Made by a program: the position numbers and the translations under genes | Shown: positions 1 to 8,684 of the stretch, piece after piece | Layout of the letters: every line of letters begins with the position of its first letter | Numbering within the stretch: the first letter of the stretch is position 1 | Virus record (IMG/VR): IMGVR_UViG_3300045988_177530 | Location: 1 to 42,792 of that record | Strand: one strand, 5' to 3' | DNA from: a virus | Length of the DNA stretch: 42,792 bases | Notes under the pieces: model-generated | The model's input: the letters and a program-made list of their open reading frames with translations, nothing else | What the model was told of the DNA's origin: nothing | The model's database searches: none

Positions 1-55
1 CCGCGTGGACTTCAATTCAGGCGGCTATGCAACCCGTAGTTGAATGGATCTACAA
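1..55. repeat. Exact duplicate of 42738..42792; an assembly overlap that closes the circle
   Basis: The 55 nt ccgcgtggacttcaattcaggcggctatgcaacccgtagttgaatggatctacaa occur at both window ends. Removing one copy keeps the tape-measure reading frame intact. Confidence 0.95.
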
Positions 56-345
56 TATTGCATGGCCGTGGGTGGTCGATACATTCAACACGATCAAAGA
101 CACCGCATCGTCCCTGTGGGGTACCATATCGGCGGCGTGGAATGGTATTTGGGCCACCATTCAACCTGTCGTTGATTGGATCTACAATATTGCATGGCCG
201 TGGGTGGTCGGAGCATTCAACGCCATTAAAGACACGGCATCCATAATGTGGGGTTCCCTGTCGGCGACATGGAATGGTATCTGGGCCGTTATGCAGCCCG
301 TGGTGAATTGGATTCAAACCTACGCCGCACCCGTTATTAGTGTAG
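1..345 (+). repeat. 132-nt (44-aa) tandem repeats inside the tape measure gene; continuation of 41940..42792
   Basis: The repeat anchor (gtNgtNgaNtggatNtacaa-like, peptide PVVDWIYNIAWPWVVGAFNAIKDTAS) recurs at 36, 168 and 300, exactly 132 nt apart. Confidence 0.85.
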
Positions 346-1916
346 CCTGGGAAATAATCTCTACGGGTGCGAAAATTCTAGGCGGAATCATCGCGTTCGT
401 ATTCGCGTCCATCATTGCTGCGGTCACTATGGGGGTTGCCGTAATTCAAGGTGCGGCCACCACGATCAGCGCCGCCTGGAACACCATTGTTTCGTGGACC
501 AGCTGGCTGAAAAACATGGTCGTCTCCGCGTGGAACATTCTGAAAGGCGAAATCCAAATCGTTAAAGATTGGATCGCTAACACGCTTGTTCCCGCAATTA
601 CAAGCGCCTGGGACAGGGTCGTGGCCGCCGCCAATACCATGAAGGATGGTGTTAGGACGGCGTGGGACAAGATTAAGGAAGCCGCCGCCAAGCCTGTCAA
701 CTTCGTTATCGGCACAGTCTACAATAACGGGCTGCGGAAACTCGTAAACGGGATGATGGAGAAACTTTCTCTTGATCTTCGTCTTCCCGAGGCTCCCACG
801 ATTGGCGGGTACGCGTCCGGCGGTGTCCTGCCCGGATACTCTCCGGGCCGCGACATTTACCATTTCGTATCACCCGACGGTGGCGGCCGGCTCGCACTTT
901 CCGGCGGAGAAGCGATCATGCGGCCAGAATGGGTGAAAGCCATCGGCGGACCCGCAATGGTGAATGCCATGAACCGCGCCGCCGCACACGGGGATCGTAT
1001 TCCCGGTGGCGATGCGGGGTATGCCGCATTCGCTCCTGGCGGTATTTGGGACCCTGTCAAATCAACGGTAGAAAGGGGCGCGTCCGCTGCCCTTAATTGG
1101 ATCACCGGCGCGGCCGACGCGGTATCCTCAATATTCTCCGACCCGATCGGAGCCGTCGAGACTGTCATCAAGGCTCCAGTTCATAAGCTCCTTGATTCGT
1201 GGGGCGGCGACGGGGCGAAACCATTCTTCGACGCCGGAAAAGCTGGCGTTGATAAAACCATCGACGCGCTCGGCGACTGGATCAAGGATCACATGCCTGT
1301 GGTGAGCGGATTCGGTGGCGGAATCGGTGCTATTGGCGCCGCCGCCGGCGACCTCGTGAATACTGCGCGACGGGCTATCGGTACACCATATGTTTGGGGC
1401 GGCGTCTCCCCGGGAGGTGGGCTTGACTGTTCTGGTCTTGTCTATTGGGCGCTCAATGCTATGGGTATTCACGTGCCGCGTCTCACGGCGGCCGGATATC
1501 AAGCAATGTCATCCCCCGGTAATCCCATGGTTCCCGGAACGCTCCTTTTCTGGGGTTACCCGGCCCACCACGTTGCTATCGCCTCCGGTAACGGGATGAT
1601 GGTCGAGGCGCCGACTTTCGGCATTCCAGTGCGTGAGGTCCCGATCTATGGTGGCCCGTCCGCGGGGAATCTTCGCTACGACAATGGTGGATTCTTGCAG
1701 CCCGGACTCTCAACAATCGAAAACAAGACTGGCCGTCCGGAGCCCGTTTTCACGTCAGCCCAGTGGGAGAAAATGGATAAGCTGATCACCCTTCTGGAGA
1801 ATCGCGCACTCGGCCCTGACGTGCTCGAAATTCGAGACGTGGATAATGATCTTGTGGGGCGCATGCAAGTAGAGGCAACGTCAGCCATAGTAGACTATGA
1901 CCGAATGAACCGATAA
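1..1916 (+). CDS. Tail tape measure protein, C-terminal part, continuing in frame from 40223..42792 across the junction. Carries a C-terminal NlpC/P60-type peptidoglycan peptidase domain.
   Basis: Frame of ORF 27..1916 equals the frame of the open reading frame leaving the window end after overlap removal. W-rich 44-aa tandem repeats. Motif GTPYVWGGVSPGGGLDCSGLVYWA (Cys codon 1428..1430) followed by HHVAIASGNGMMVEAP. Confidence 0.9.
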   Translation, partial: AWTSIQAAMQPVVEWIYNIAWPWVVDTFNTIKDTASSLWGTISAAWNGIWATIQPVVDWIYNIAWPWVVGAFNAIKDTASIMWGSLSATWNGIWAVMQPVVNWIQTYAAPVISVAWEIISTGAKILGGIIAFVFASIIAAVTMGVAVIQGAATTISAAWNTIVSWTSWLKNMVVSAWNILKGEIQIVKDWIANTLVPAITSAWDRVVAAANTMKDGVRTAWDKIKEAAAKPVNFVIGTVYNNGLRKLVNGMMEKLSLDLRLPEAPTIGGYASGGVLPGYSPGRDIYHFVSPDGGGRLALSGGEAIMRPEWVKAIGGPAMVNAMNRAAAHGDRIPGGDAGYAAFAPGGIWDPVKSTVERGASAALNWITGAADAVSSIFSDPIGAVETVIKAPVHKLLDSWGGDGAKPFFDAGKAGVDKTIDALGDWIKDHMPVVSGFGGGIGAIGAAAGDLVNTARRAIGTPYVWGGVSPGGGLDCSGLVYWALNAMGIHVPRLTAAGYQAMSSPGNPMVPGTLLFWGYPAHHVAIASGNGMMVEAPTFGIPVREVPIYGGPSAGNLRYDNGGFLQPGLSTIENKTGRPEPVFTSAQWEKMDKLITLLENRALGPDVLEIRDVDNDLVGRMQVEATSAIVDYDRMNR

Positions 1917-1943
1917 AACCATTATGACGGAAAGCGCAAAATA

Positions 1944-2723
1944 ATGCCGATTACGGGATGGATTGCTACACACACGGGGCTACCGTCAATAATGGCCACC
2001 GGCAAGGAACCCGTCTACGCGGGGGACCGTCTTTTCGCTGTTCCTGGGATGGCTCGCGACAAAAGATCACTCACCGGGCGCGCGAAAATGATTCGCGAGC
2101 TCGAGGGCCCCAAGCTCACCGAGCCGGTGACAATGATCCTCTCAGACGCATACGCCGTGCCGGGCACCACAATAAAATACACTCAGGGTGACTCCTCGGT
2201 CACGCTGACTCGCCCTGAGGTGGAGTGGTGGCGCGGCATGGTGAGCGGCCTCAACGGCCGCACGGTGCCCGGTCTCATCTGGGAGGAGGCCCAGGATAAA
2301 AGAGAATGGTCTTCCCCAATTTCGAGATATAACTCACTTATCGCCAGGTGGCCGATGCTAGAAGCAGCTCGCACGGGCGGTGGACAGTTCGTCCTAGACG
2401 ACCCGTCCCACGTCAACGCCGTTTGGGAAATTCTACAGAAGCGTGAGCCTCTCATTCTCACGCCCGGCGCCCCCGCCGACGTTCTCCCATCGCGATTCAT
2501 CACCGTAGACAAAGTCGACAGCGCCAGGATCACAGGCGACGGTATCATTCGATGGAACGTGAAATGGCATGAACTCCCCGAGGACTCACCAATGCTTGTC
2601 GGCCCTCACGCCGGCTGGGGAGCAGCACCTTGCGTCACCTGGGGTGAATGGCGTGAGGGCGATAAAGTCTGGAAATCGCGCACATACATTGAGATTTGCA
2701 AAATGATTGCGGGTATGCCATGA
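1944..2723 (+). CDS. Minor tail protein in the distal-tail-protein position
   Basis: 259-aa ORF immediately after the tape measure gene. Its stop overlaps the next start (ATGA at 2720..2723). Function assigned by synteny only. Confidence 0.6.
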   Translation: MPITGWIATHTGLPSIMATGKEPVYAGDRLFAVPGMARDKRSLTGRAKMIRELEGPKLTEPVTMILSDAYAVPGTTIKYTQGDSSVTLTRPEVEWWRGMVSGLNGRTVPGLIWEEAQDKREWSSPISRYNSLIARWPMLEAARTGGGQFVLDDPSHVNAVWEILQKREPLILTPGAPADVLPSRFITVDKVDSARITGDGIIRWNVKWHELPEDSPMLVGPHAGWGAAPCVTWGEWREGDKVWKSRTYIEICKMIAGMP

Positions 2724-3793
2724 GAAACGGCCCCACGCTGGCCGCCCTTTCAGACGGCCTCAGCATCGGCGCAAGAATCGATATCATTCGCGGCGGCGAA
2801 GTCCTCAAAACGGGAATCCCCGCCTCCGAAGTAAAGGTCGAATGGTCCTCGACGAACCGCCAGGTTCCGGGCGCACTGTCTTACTCTTGCCCAATGTCAT
2901 GGGTCCCGGAATGGCCGTTAGACGCGCTCAACAATTTCGGACAGCGTTCCATGGTCACCGCACTTTACGAGAATCGGCGCGGCGATTACTGGGAAATTCC
3001 TCTCGGTGAGTTCGTCAACATGGAATGGTCCGTGTCGAAAGAAAGGGTAAATGTCTCGTGTAAGGATTTGACGCAGATTCTTGCTGATAATCCGAGGCCG
3101 TGGCCGTCCTCTCCGAGCGCTGGCGCCACTCTGCTCTCCGAGGCCAATGAGCTTGCGGAATATGTGCGAGTAAAACTGGAGGACGACGTCTGGGACGCGC
3201 CCATCCCGCGCACCACACAGTGGGGAAATTCGCGGATCGAATCAATCTATAAGCTCGTCGAATCGCGGGGCTGCGGTATTCGCAGCGGAGCCGACGGAAT
3301 GCTGCATATTTTCAAGCTCCGTGACAAGACGACGCCTAACGAGATTTATACGTACGAGTCCGGTTTCCTTTTGGAAGCTCCGCGCGCTCCGAGGTCAGGC
3401 GGACGGCGTCCGAACCGTTGGTACGTCACTGGCAGTAAGCAACAGCGGGCTCAGGGCGAGCAAGAGGAACGATGGACTGCAGAACGTGAAATCACCGATC
3501 CGCCATACGAACCAAGCGGTTATGGGTGGGTTACGTCGCACAAGGAATTCAGTGCCGCCAGCTCGGCGAGAGAGGTATCCGAGGCTGCGGACACGTACAT
3601 GATTCAGGATATCTCTTCCCGCTCTTCCCGTTCTTTGACAATTATTCCGGACGCTCGTATCGAGGTCGGGGATATTGTCGGTGCGATTACTGAACAGGGT
3701 GAGCATATTGCGGGCCGCGTCACGGCCTATAGCCTCCCATTGTCTGATCCGTCCGCTACAATGAGGGTAGACATAGAGGTACTGGGAGAATAA
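2720..3793 (+). CDS. Minor tail protein in the Tal-like position
   Basis: ORF 2696..3793. The ATG at 2720 overlaps the upstream stop (translational coupling). Second gene after the tape measure. Confidence 0.6.
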   Translation: MRNGPTLAALSDGLSIGARIDIIRGGEVLKTGIPASEVKVEWSSTNRQVPGALSYSCPMSWVPEWPLDALNNFGQRSMVTALYENRRGDYWEIPLGEFVNMEWSVSKERVNVSCKDLTQILADNPRPWPSSPSAGATLLSEANELAEYVRVKLEDDVWDAPIPRTTQWGNSRIESIYKLVESRGCGIRSGADGMLHIFKLRDKTTPNEIYTYESGFLLEAPRAPRSGGRRPNRWYVTGSKQQRAQGEQEERWTAEREITDPPYEPSGYGWVTSHKEFSAASSAREVSEAADTYMIQDISSRSSRSLTIIPDARIEVGDIVGAITEQGEHIAGRVTAYSLPLSDPSATMRVDIEVLGE

Positions 3794-3803
3794 ACGGGGC
3801 ATC

Positions 3804-5720
3804 ATGGTCAGACCGTCACTATTACTTGACACGGCGCCACGAAACGGCGGCGGGCGCAATAATAATAATGTTATTGTTCAGCAATCCTCAGTATCATGGA
3901 CATACGGGAAAATCACCGGCACATCCGCCACCGACAGTACACTCCCGTCCGGCTGGGTAGAAGTAGGCATCCCCTACAGCAACCCAACCTCCCATGCTGT
4001 TGGCGAATCCGACGGTATTGCCACATGGATAGGCGCCCGCGTACTCGTTATCATTGACTCGTCCGGCCGTGTAGTTAAAATTAGCGACCCTATTGCCGAG
4101 CCGCCCTCCGGCGCAAAAGTCGAGAACCTCGGGCATACCGGTAAAATTCTCAGCCAGGCAGCGAAAGACGCTGAGCGCGCTTTCAGGGAAGCCGACGCAA
4201 TTCGCGACCGAGCGAACAAAGCCGAAGGTGCCGCGAACAAAGCGGCAAAAGACGCTGAAAAAGCTGTCCAGATTGCGGAAGCCAACCGGCCGCCTGTAGT
4301 GTCCCAAACCGTGCCCGAGAATCCTGTCACAGGGTTGATTTGGTATGTCACTGACAATGCTGGGCACATTACCGATGTGCGTATTTGGGATGGTACACAG
4401 TGGGTGACCAGGACAATGGTCGCTGGCAGCATTCTCGTCCCATCATCCGTGGGAAACGTCTCACTCGCTGACGGTTCTGTGTCTGCACGTAACATTTACG
4501 CGTCCGGGGAACTCTGGGCTAAAATTGCTGCGTTCGCGTCCGTCACCACGGAAATGCTGACCGCCGGAAACGCAACATTCAACGCAGCAAAGGTCACCGG
4601 CGACCTCATCGGTAACCGGCTTATCGGTGGTGAACTTTCGCTCGTTGATACTGAGCCGACGTCGGGCGAGAAGAATATTCGATTCGGCCTCGGCAGCGAA
4701 TACGAGTTCTGGGAGTCTATTTGGTCTCCCAAAATCGCGACCGTCGAGGAACTTGAAGGCGGTACACGGTTCGTTCTGACGGACAGGGACAGGCCTAATC
4801 GTAACGATGGCGCGCAGATGGCAATCTACGACATCGCTGTCGCGAAACCCAAAACATATGGTATTGCCGGCGAGGGCGTCGGCAAGGTCGAGGGGTATAT
4901 TCTTTTCACCCCGTCATGGAACGGCCGCGCGATTCTCACAATCAACATTGGCAAGAATAGAATCATCAGAGTTGACGAGCAGGCGACTGCCGGGCAGAAA
5001 ATAAGATTTGATTTTACGCTCCCCGACGGCGCGTGGATCCAAGACACTGACACGCCCTTCTACATTAGTGCCCGCACGAACGATGTTTTCACACCAGGGA
5101 TGCAGCTCGGAATCATTTATTCCATGTACGTGTCATGGAAAATGAGCCGCTCCTCCGGTCTGCATATTTTCCGCGACGACGAGGGTGTCGCGAAAATACA
5201 GATCACCGACCGCCAGGGCGGCGAGCTCATCATGGACACGAATGGCGTGTCCTACGACCCGCCAGGGTCGGCTTCGCCTCACGCGTCGTCGTGGCGTACT
5301 TTCACGGAGCCGCCTTTCGCCCACATGGCAACAAACAACGCACAATTGTGGACTAAAAAAGACGACTGGACTAGGGTTCCTGTGGGTTCGCAGGAGAAAA
5401 TTGTTCGCGGCGGAATGCAAGTCGATGGTGCAGAAATCATTATCCCACAGAGCGGGCTCTACCGTCTAGACGGCACAACATGGTACAGATCATCATGGGC
5501 GGGGTACGTGGGTGGCACAAGGGTCGCTCGCAGCAACGATGTTGAGTACGGCGTTTACATGTATGCCGCGTTGAACCATGGCCTGTGGACGGCGTTGCAG
5601 GTGACTGGTGTTAGGCGTTTGAATGTTGGGGATCGGATCGCGCTTTATACGTATCAGAATATTGACGAGGGTACAATTATGGATTGGGGCGAGATGACGG
5701 TTAGCTGGCTCACCTACTGA
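3804..5720 (+). CDS. Minor tail or tail fibre protein with a coiled-coil segment; receptor-binding candidate
   Basis: 638-aa ORF in the tail module. Heptad-like segment AAKDAERAFREADAIRDRANKAEGAANKAAKDAEKAVQIAEA. Confidence 0.6.
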   Translation: MVRPSLLLDTAPRNGGGRNNNNVIVQQSSVSWTYGKITGTSATDSTLPSGWVEVGIPYSNPTSHAVGESDGIATWIGARVLVIIDSSGRVVKISDPIAEPPSGAKVENLGHTGKILSQAAKDAERAFREADAIRDRANKAEGAANKAAKDAEKAVQIAEANRPPVVSQTVPENPVTGLIWYVTDNAGHITDVRIWDGTQWVTRTMVAGSILVPSSVGNVSLADGSVSARNIYASGELWAKIAAFASVTTEMLTAGNATFNAAKVTGDLIGNRLIGGELSLVDTEPTSGEKNIRFGLGSEYEFWESIWSPKIATVEELEGGTRFVLTDRDRPNRNDGAQMAIYDIAVAKPKTYGIAGEGVGKVEGYILFTPSWNGRAILTINIGKNRIIRVDEQATAGQKIRFDFTLPDGAWIQDTDTPFYISARTNDVFTPGMQLGIIYSMYVSWKMSRSSGLHIFRDDEGVAKIQITDRQGGELIMDTNGVSYDPPGSASPHASSWRTFTEPPFAHMATNNAQLWTKKDDWTRVPVGSQEKIVRGGMQVDGAEIIIPQSGLYRLDGTTWYRSSWAGYVGGTRVARSNDVEYGVYMYAALNHGLWTALQVTGVRRLNVGDRIALYTYQNIDEGTIMDWGEMTVSWLTY

Positions 5721-5754
5721 AGATTGTGCAACAATATTTTTAGGAGAAAACAAT

Positions 5755-6456
5755 ATGCCTAACACTAGGTGGACCGGCGGTATCGTCCCCACAGTAGACG
5801 ACAATCTCATTGAAGCCTGGGACGCGTATGATGATTCCGCCGGCCGGGTCATGCCAGCGGCGTCCGTAGCGGCGGCGCGTGTTATGTTGGCGGCCGCACC
5901 GTCCGGGGCAGTCTCGAAAGCGCGCCCCGCCGTTTTCATCATTGACGACATTCTGTACACCGCCGACGGCTCCAAGGGCGGCGACGGGTCATTCAACATT
6001 AACCCAGCGAACTCGTTCAGTGGCGTGCTTTACAGGCACCGTGACAATACGAACGGCCGCGGGCGTTCGACCTCTGATCACGCCACTTACACGTGGGGTG
6101 ACGGTATTGTTACTCTGCCGATCAAGAGTCTCATGGAATTCTCGCTTGACGTGTGCGTGAGTATTGCGCACGAGGATTATCATTCCGAGGAGGAGAAGGA
6201 TAAGGCTGTCGGCTCGTACTTCTTCGGGTTTAAGCTTGATAACAGGGGTATTTGGCAGACCGAGATTCAGTACAATCGCACATTCATGACGCATCATATG
6301 CAGTGGCGTCTTTCCGTGGAGGCTGGCTCGCATAGGGTTGCTTATACTACGGCGGGTAGTTATGGTGCTGACCCGTACTGGCATTACGATGGCGGCGTGT
6401 TCCCAGGGACCGTGTTTACGGTGGCTACTCTTGGTGCGACTCGCGTTGACCTGTAA
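5755..6456 (+). CDS. Hypothetical tail-module protein
   Basis: 233-aa ORF preceded by aggagaaaacaat ATG. Assigned by synteny only. Confidence 0.6.
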   Translation: MPNTRWTGGIVPTVDDNLIEAWDAYDDSAGRVMPAASVAAARVMLAAAPSGAVSKARPAVFIIDDILYTADGSKGGDGSFNINPANSFSGVLYRHRDNTNGRGRSTSDHATYTWGDGIVTLPIKSLMEFSLDVCVSIAHEDYHSEEEKDKAVGSYFFGFKLDNRGIWQTEIQYNRTFMTHHMQWRLSVEAGSHRVAYTTAGSYGADPYWHYDGGVFPGTVFTVATLGATRVDL

Positions 6457-6497
6457 TCAACAAATATAGTTCACTATTAGAAATAGGTGATAATAAT

Positions 6498-6890
6498 ATG
6501 ACTAAGGTCATAGCTACGATTGTGAATGCCGCCGGCAAGACAGTCAACGCGACAATGAGCGTCCGCCCCGAAACCGTGTATACGTCCGATAGTATTACGA
6601 CAGTCCCCGCCCCAGTGCGTGGCGATGCTGACGACAAGGGTAGGATCGAGGTAGAGGTAGACGCCAGCCACGGCGGCCGATGGGCGATTGTCCTGAACGT
6701 CGCCGGCGTTTGGGCGCGTGAAGTCCGCGGTGCGGAGCTGCCCGCCTCGGGTGACGTGCAGGTGACCTCCCTGTCAGCGTGGAACGGCGGCACTCCCCCT
6801 GATCCCGGCAATCCTGGCGGCGGCGGCCAGGGCAACGGCGGCAAGATCACTGTCAGTGACGATGGTCTTACCTGGACTTACGGAGAGTGA
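6498..6890 (+). CDS. Hypothetical tail-module protein with a Gly/Pro-rich C-terminal segment
   Basis: 130-aa ORF. N-terminal half is beta-rich (KTVNATMSVRPE...GRIEVEVD), followed by PPDPGNPGGGGQGNGG. Confidence 0.55.
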   Translation: MTKVIATIVNAAGKTVNATMSVRPETVYTSDSITTVPAPVRGDADDKGRIEVEVDASHGGRWAIVLNVAGVWAREVRGAELPASGDVQVTSLSAWNGGTPPDPGNPGGGGQGNGGKITVSDDGLTWTYGE

Positions 6891-6899
6891 GAAAACACA

Positions 6900-7889
6900 A
6901 TGACAAACGTTACTGGGTACACTAAGGCCGGCGTTGACAGGCTGGTCGCACCGCTATTCTCCTCGATCTCACCTTTCACGGTCGGCGGACACTACTACTC
7001 CCCGATCACGTATTTCTGGCCCGATTTCTACAACGAGGGTCAGGCCGGAAAGATCTCAAAATGGGCCAAGACACTGGCTTACGGGAATACTCTCGGCTAC
7101 GTGATCATGAACCGTTCCACAGGCGATTGGTCTGCCAAGGATAATGACTTTCTTACTCAGGCTCAGCGCGCCCGGGCAGCAGGGGTAAAGAGGATTCTCT
7201 GGTATATTCCTACCCGCTACGGTGTCGCGTCGCTCGCCAAGAATGATGCCGCTAGGAACGGCGTGCCCGACCCGGACAAGTTCACGCGCGAATACATCAT
7301 GCAACTGTGCGCCAACCTACGCTCCCAGTACGATGGTCTTTTCCAGGGAGTATTCTTGGACGAGGTAATCAACGGCTGGGGGGCACAGTCCGGACGGGTC
7401 GGTTGGTATGGTGATCTCGTCGGCGAAATTCGACGCACCTATGGCAAGAATTTTACAATCGCTATCAACCCTGGTAGCAATATTACTGAGGCCGTGTGCG
7501 CGCTCGATTTCGACGTGTGCATGAGTTTCGAGAACACTGCCGCCAAGTACTTGATGGATGACCCTAATAATCCGATTGCGAATGATGTGATGCGTGCGCA
7601 GCCGTCCACCAAGTGGTGGCATGTCATTCATGGGGTTACGAAAGAGAATTTCCGACAGGTAATCGATCGTGCCGCATCATTCGGTGTTTCACATTTGTAT
7701 GTGACCGACGGCGAGCTGGTGCAGGGTGAGGGCGGCCAGTGGGTGCCTGAGAAGAACCCTTACCAGAATCCTCCGTCGGATTGGATCATGGAACGCGTGG
7801 TCGCTTGGCATGGCGGCTACCTCGGTTTGGCTGAGCGTGTTGCCGCGTTGGAGGCAAAGGCGACCCCATCGCCGCAGCCTGGCGCCTGA
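6900..7889 (+). CDS. Putative glycoside hydrolase, spherulation-specific family 4-like; candidate exopolysaccharide or cell-wall glycan depolymerase
   Basis: 329-aa ORF, last gene of the tail module. By eye, YVIMNRSTGDW, ILWYIPTRYG and GVFLDEV resemble the conserved blocks of the spherulin-4 family. Not verified by search. Confidence 0.45.
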   Translation: MTNVTGYTKAGVDRLVAPLFSSISPFTVGGHYYSPITYFWPDFYNEGQAGKISKWAKTLAYGNTLGYVIMNRSTGDWSAKDNDFLTQAQRARAAGVKRILWYIPTRYGVASLAKNDAARNGVPDPDKFTREYIMQLCANLRSQYDGLFQGVFLDEVINGWGAQSGRVGWYGDLVGEIRRTYGKNFTIAINPGSNITEAVCALDFDVCMSFENTAAKYLMDDPNNPIANDVMRAQPSTKWWHVIHGVTKENFRQVIDRAASFGVSHLYVTDGELVQGEGGQWVPEKNPYQNPPSDWIMERVVAWHGGYLGLAERVAALEAKATPSPQPGA

Positions 7890-7890
7890 G

Positions 7891-7906
7891 TGTTTCACGT
7901 GAAACA
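7891..7906. promoter_or_regulatory. Perfect chromosomal-type parS site (ParB/Spo0J binding consensus), copy 1
   Basis: TGTTTCACGTGAAACA, a perfect 16-bp palindrome that starts 2 nt after the stop codon at 7887..7889. Confidence 0.7.
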
Positions 7907-7945
7907 TTCCCCCTCACCACGATTTCTGTGGTGAGGGGGAATGTT
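7903..7945. terminator. Bidirectional intrinsic-terminator-like hairpin between convergent gene blocks
   Basis: 18-bp perfect stem aacattccccctcaccac / gtggtgagggggaatgtt with a 7-nt loop. The left arm overlaps parS by 4 nt. Confidence 0.7.
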
Positions 7946-7965
7946 TTCGCGTCCGACACAGGAGA

Positions 7966-8433
7966 CTATAGTCCTAGGCGTTGGTAGTTTCCTCCGTGCT
8001 CGCGAGCAATATCGTCTAGGACGCCCATGAGATCGGAACGCGCATCGTCCTGAACGTCGATCGACGGTGAGTTCAGGATCGAGTGAATCGTGTTATTGAT
8101 CTCTCGGAATTGACGAGCAGCGATTGCGTCGCATTCTACACTGTCCCATCGCCGTGCTAGACGGCGCGCAAGATAAGACGTATTCTCACCGCTTGTTTTA
8201 TGGTAAACGCCTACAACATTCAATGGCCAGCCCCAGATGATCCATTTACTGAAAGTACCGCCGTCACCGTTTTCTACAGTGACGTCAATTCCAACACCCT
8301 TATGCTGGTCGTGCCACTTCAGATGAGCGGCCATGTGTGCTTCGTCAATGTCACATGCGTCGGGCTTCGGAAGCCACAACTGTGTGAGGCTGATCTCGTG
8401 CTCAATCTCCAGCATTGAGTTATTCGCTGTCAT
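7966..8433 (-). CDS. Hypothetical protein
   Basis: 155-aa ORF. Its start overlaps the upstream stop (ATGA at 8430..8433). Confidence 0.6.
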   Translation of the reverse strand: MTANNSMLEIEHEISLTQLWLPKPDACDIDEAHMAAHLKWHDQHKGVGIDVTVENGDGGTFSKWIIWGWPLNVVGVYHKTSGENTSYLARRLARRWDSVECDAIAARQFREINNTIHSILNSPSIDVQDDARSDLMGVLDDIAREHGGNYQRLGL

Positions 8434-8684
8434 GAGACGCTCCGCAAAAGTATGCTACAGCGCACTGCAGAATGGTTGGGGCCTTCGGACTCTCTGTGAG
8501 TCCATCCTGCTGAGACACCGCGCTTCGTCGTCACCACAACGCCGTCATCGGTGACCTCGATCTTTCCCGGCAAGCACTCAACGGTGGTGACTTTGCCGCG
8601 GTCGGAAATGCGAGGCGACGGGGTGATATTACGCAATTCCTTAACAATCGCCAACGCGATTTCCTGACGATCAATCTTGTCCAT
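8430..8684 (-). CDS. Hypothetical protein
   Basis: 84-aa ORF, translationally coupled on both sides. Confidence 0.5.
   Translation of the reverse strand: MDKIDRQEIALAIVKELRNITPSPRISDRGKVTTVECLPGKIEVTDDGVVVTTKRGVSAGWTHRESEGPNHSAVRCSILLRSVS

Noticed and set aside
1-55. A direct terminal repeat marking the physical genome ends
   Set aside because: It lies inside the tape-measure reading frame and inside its tandem-repeat array. A 55-nt exact overlap is typical of assembler circularisation.
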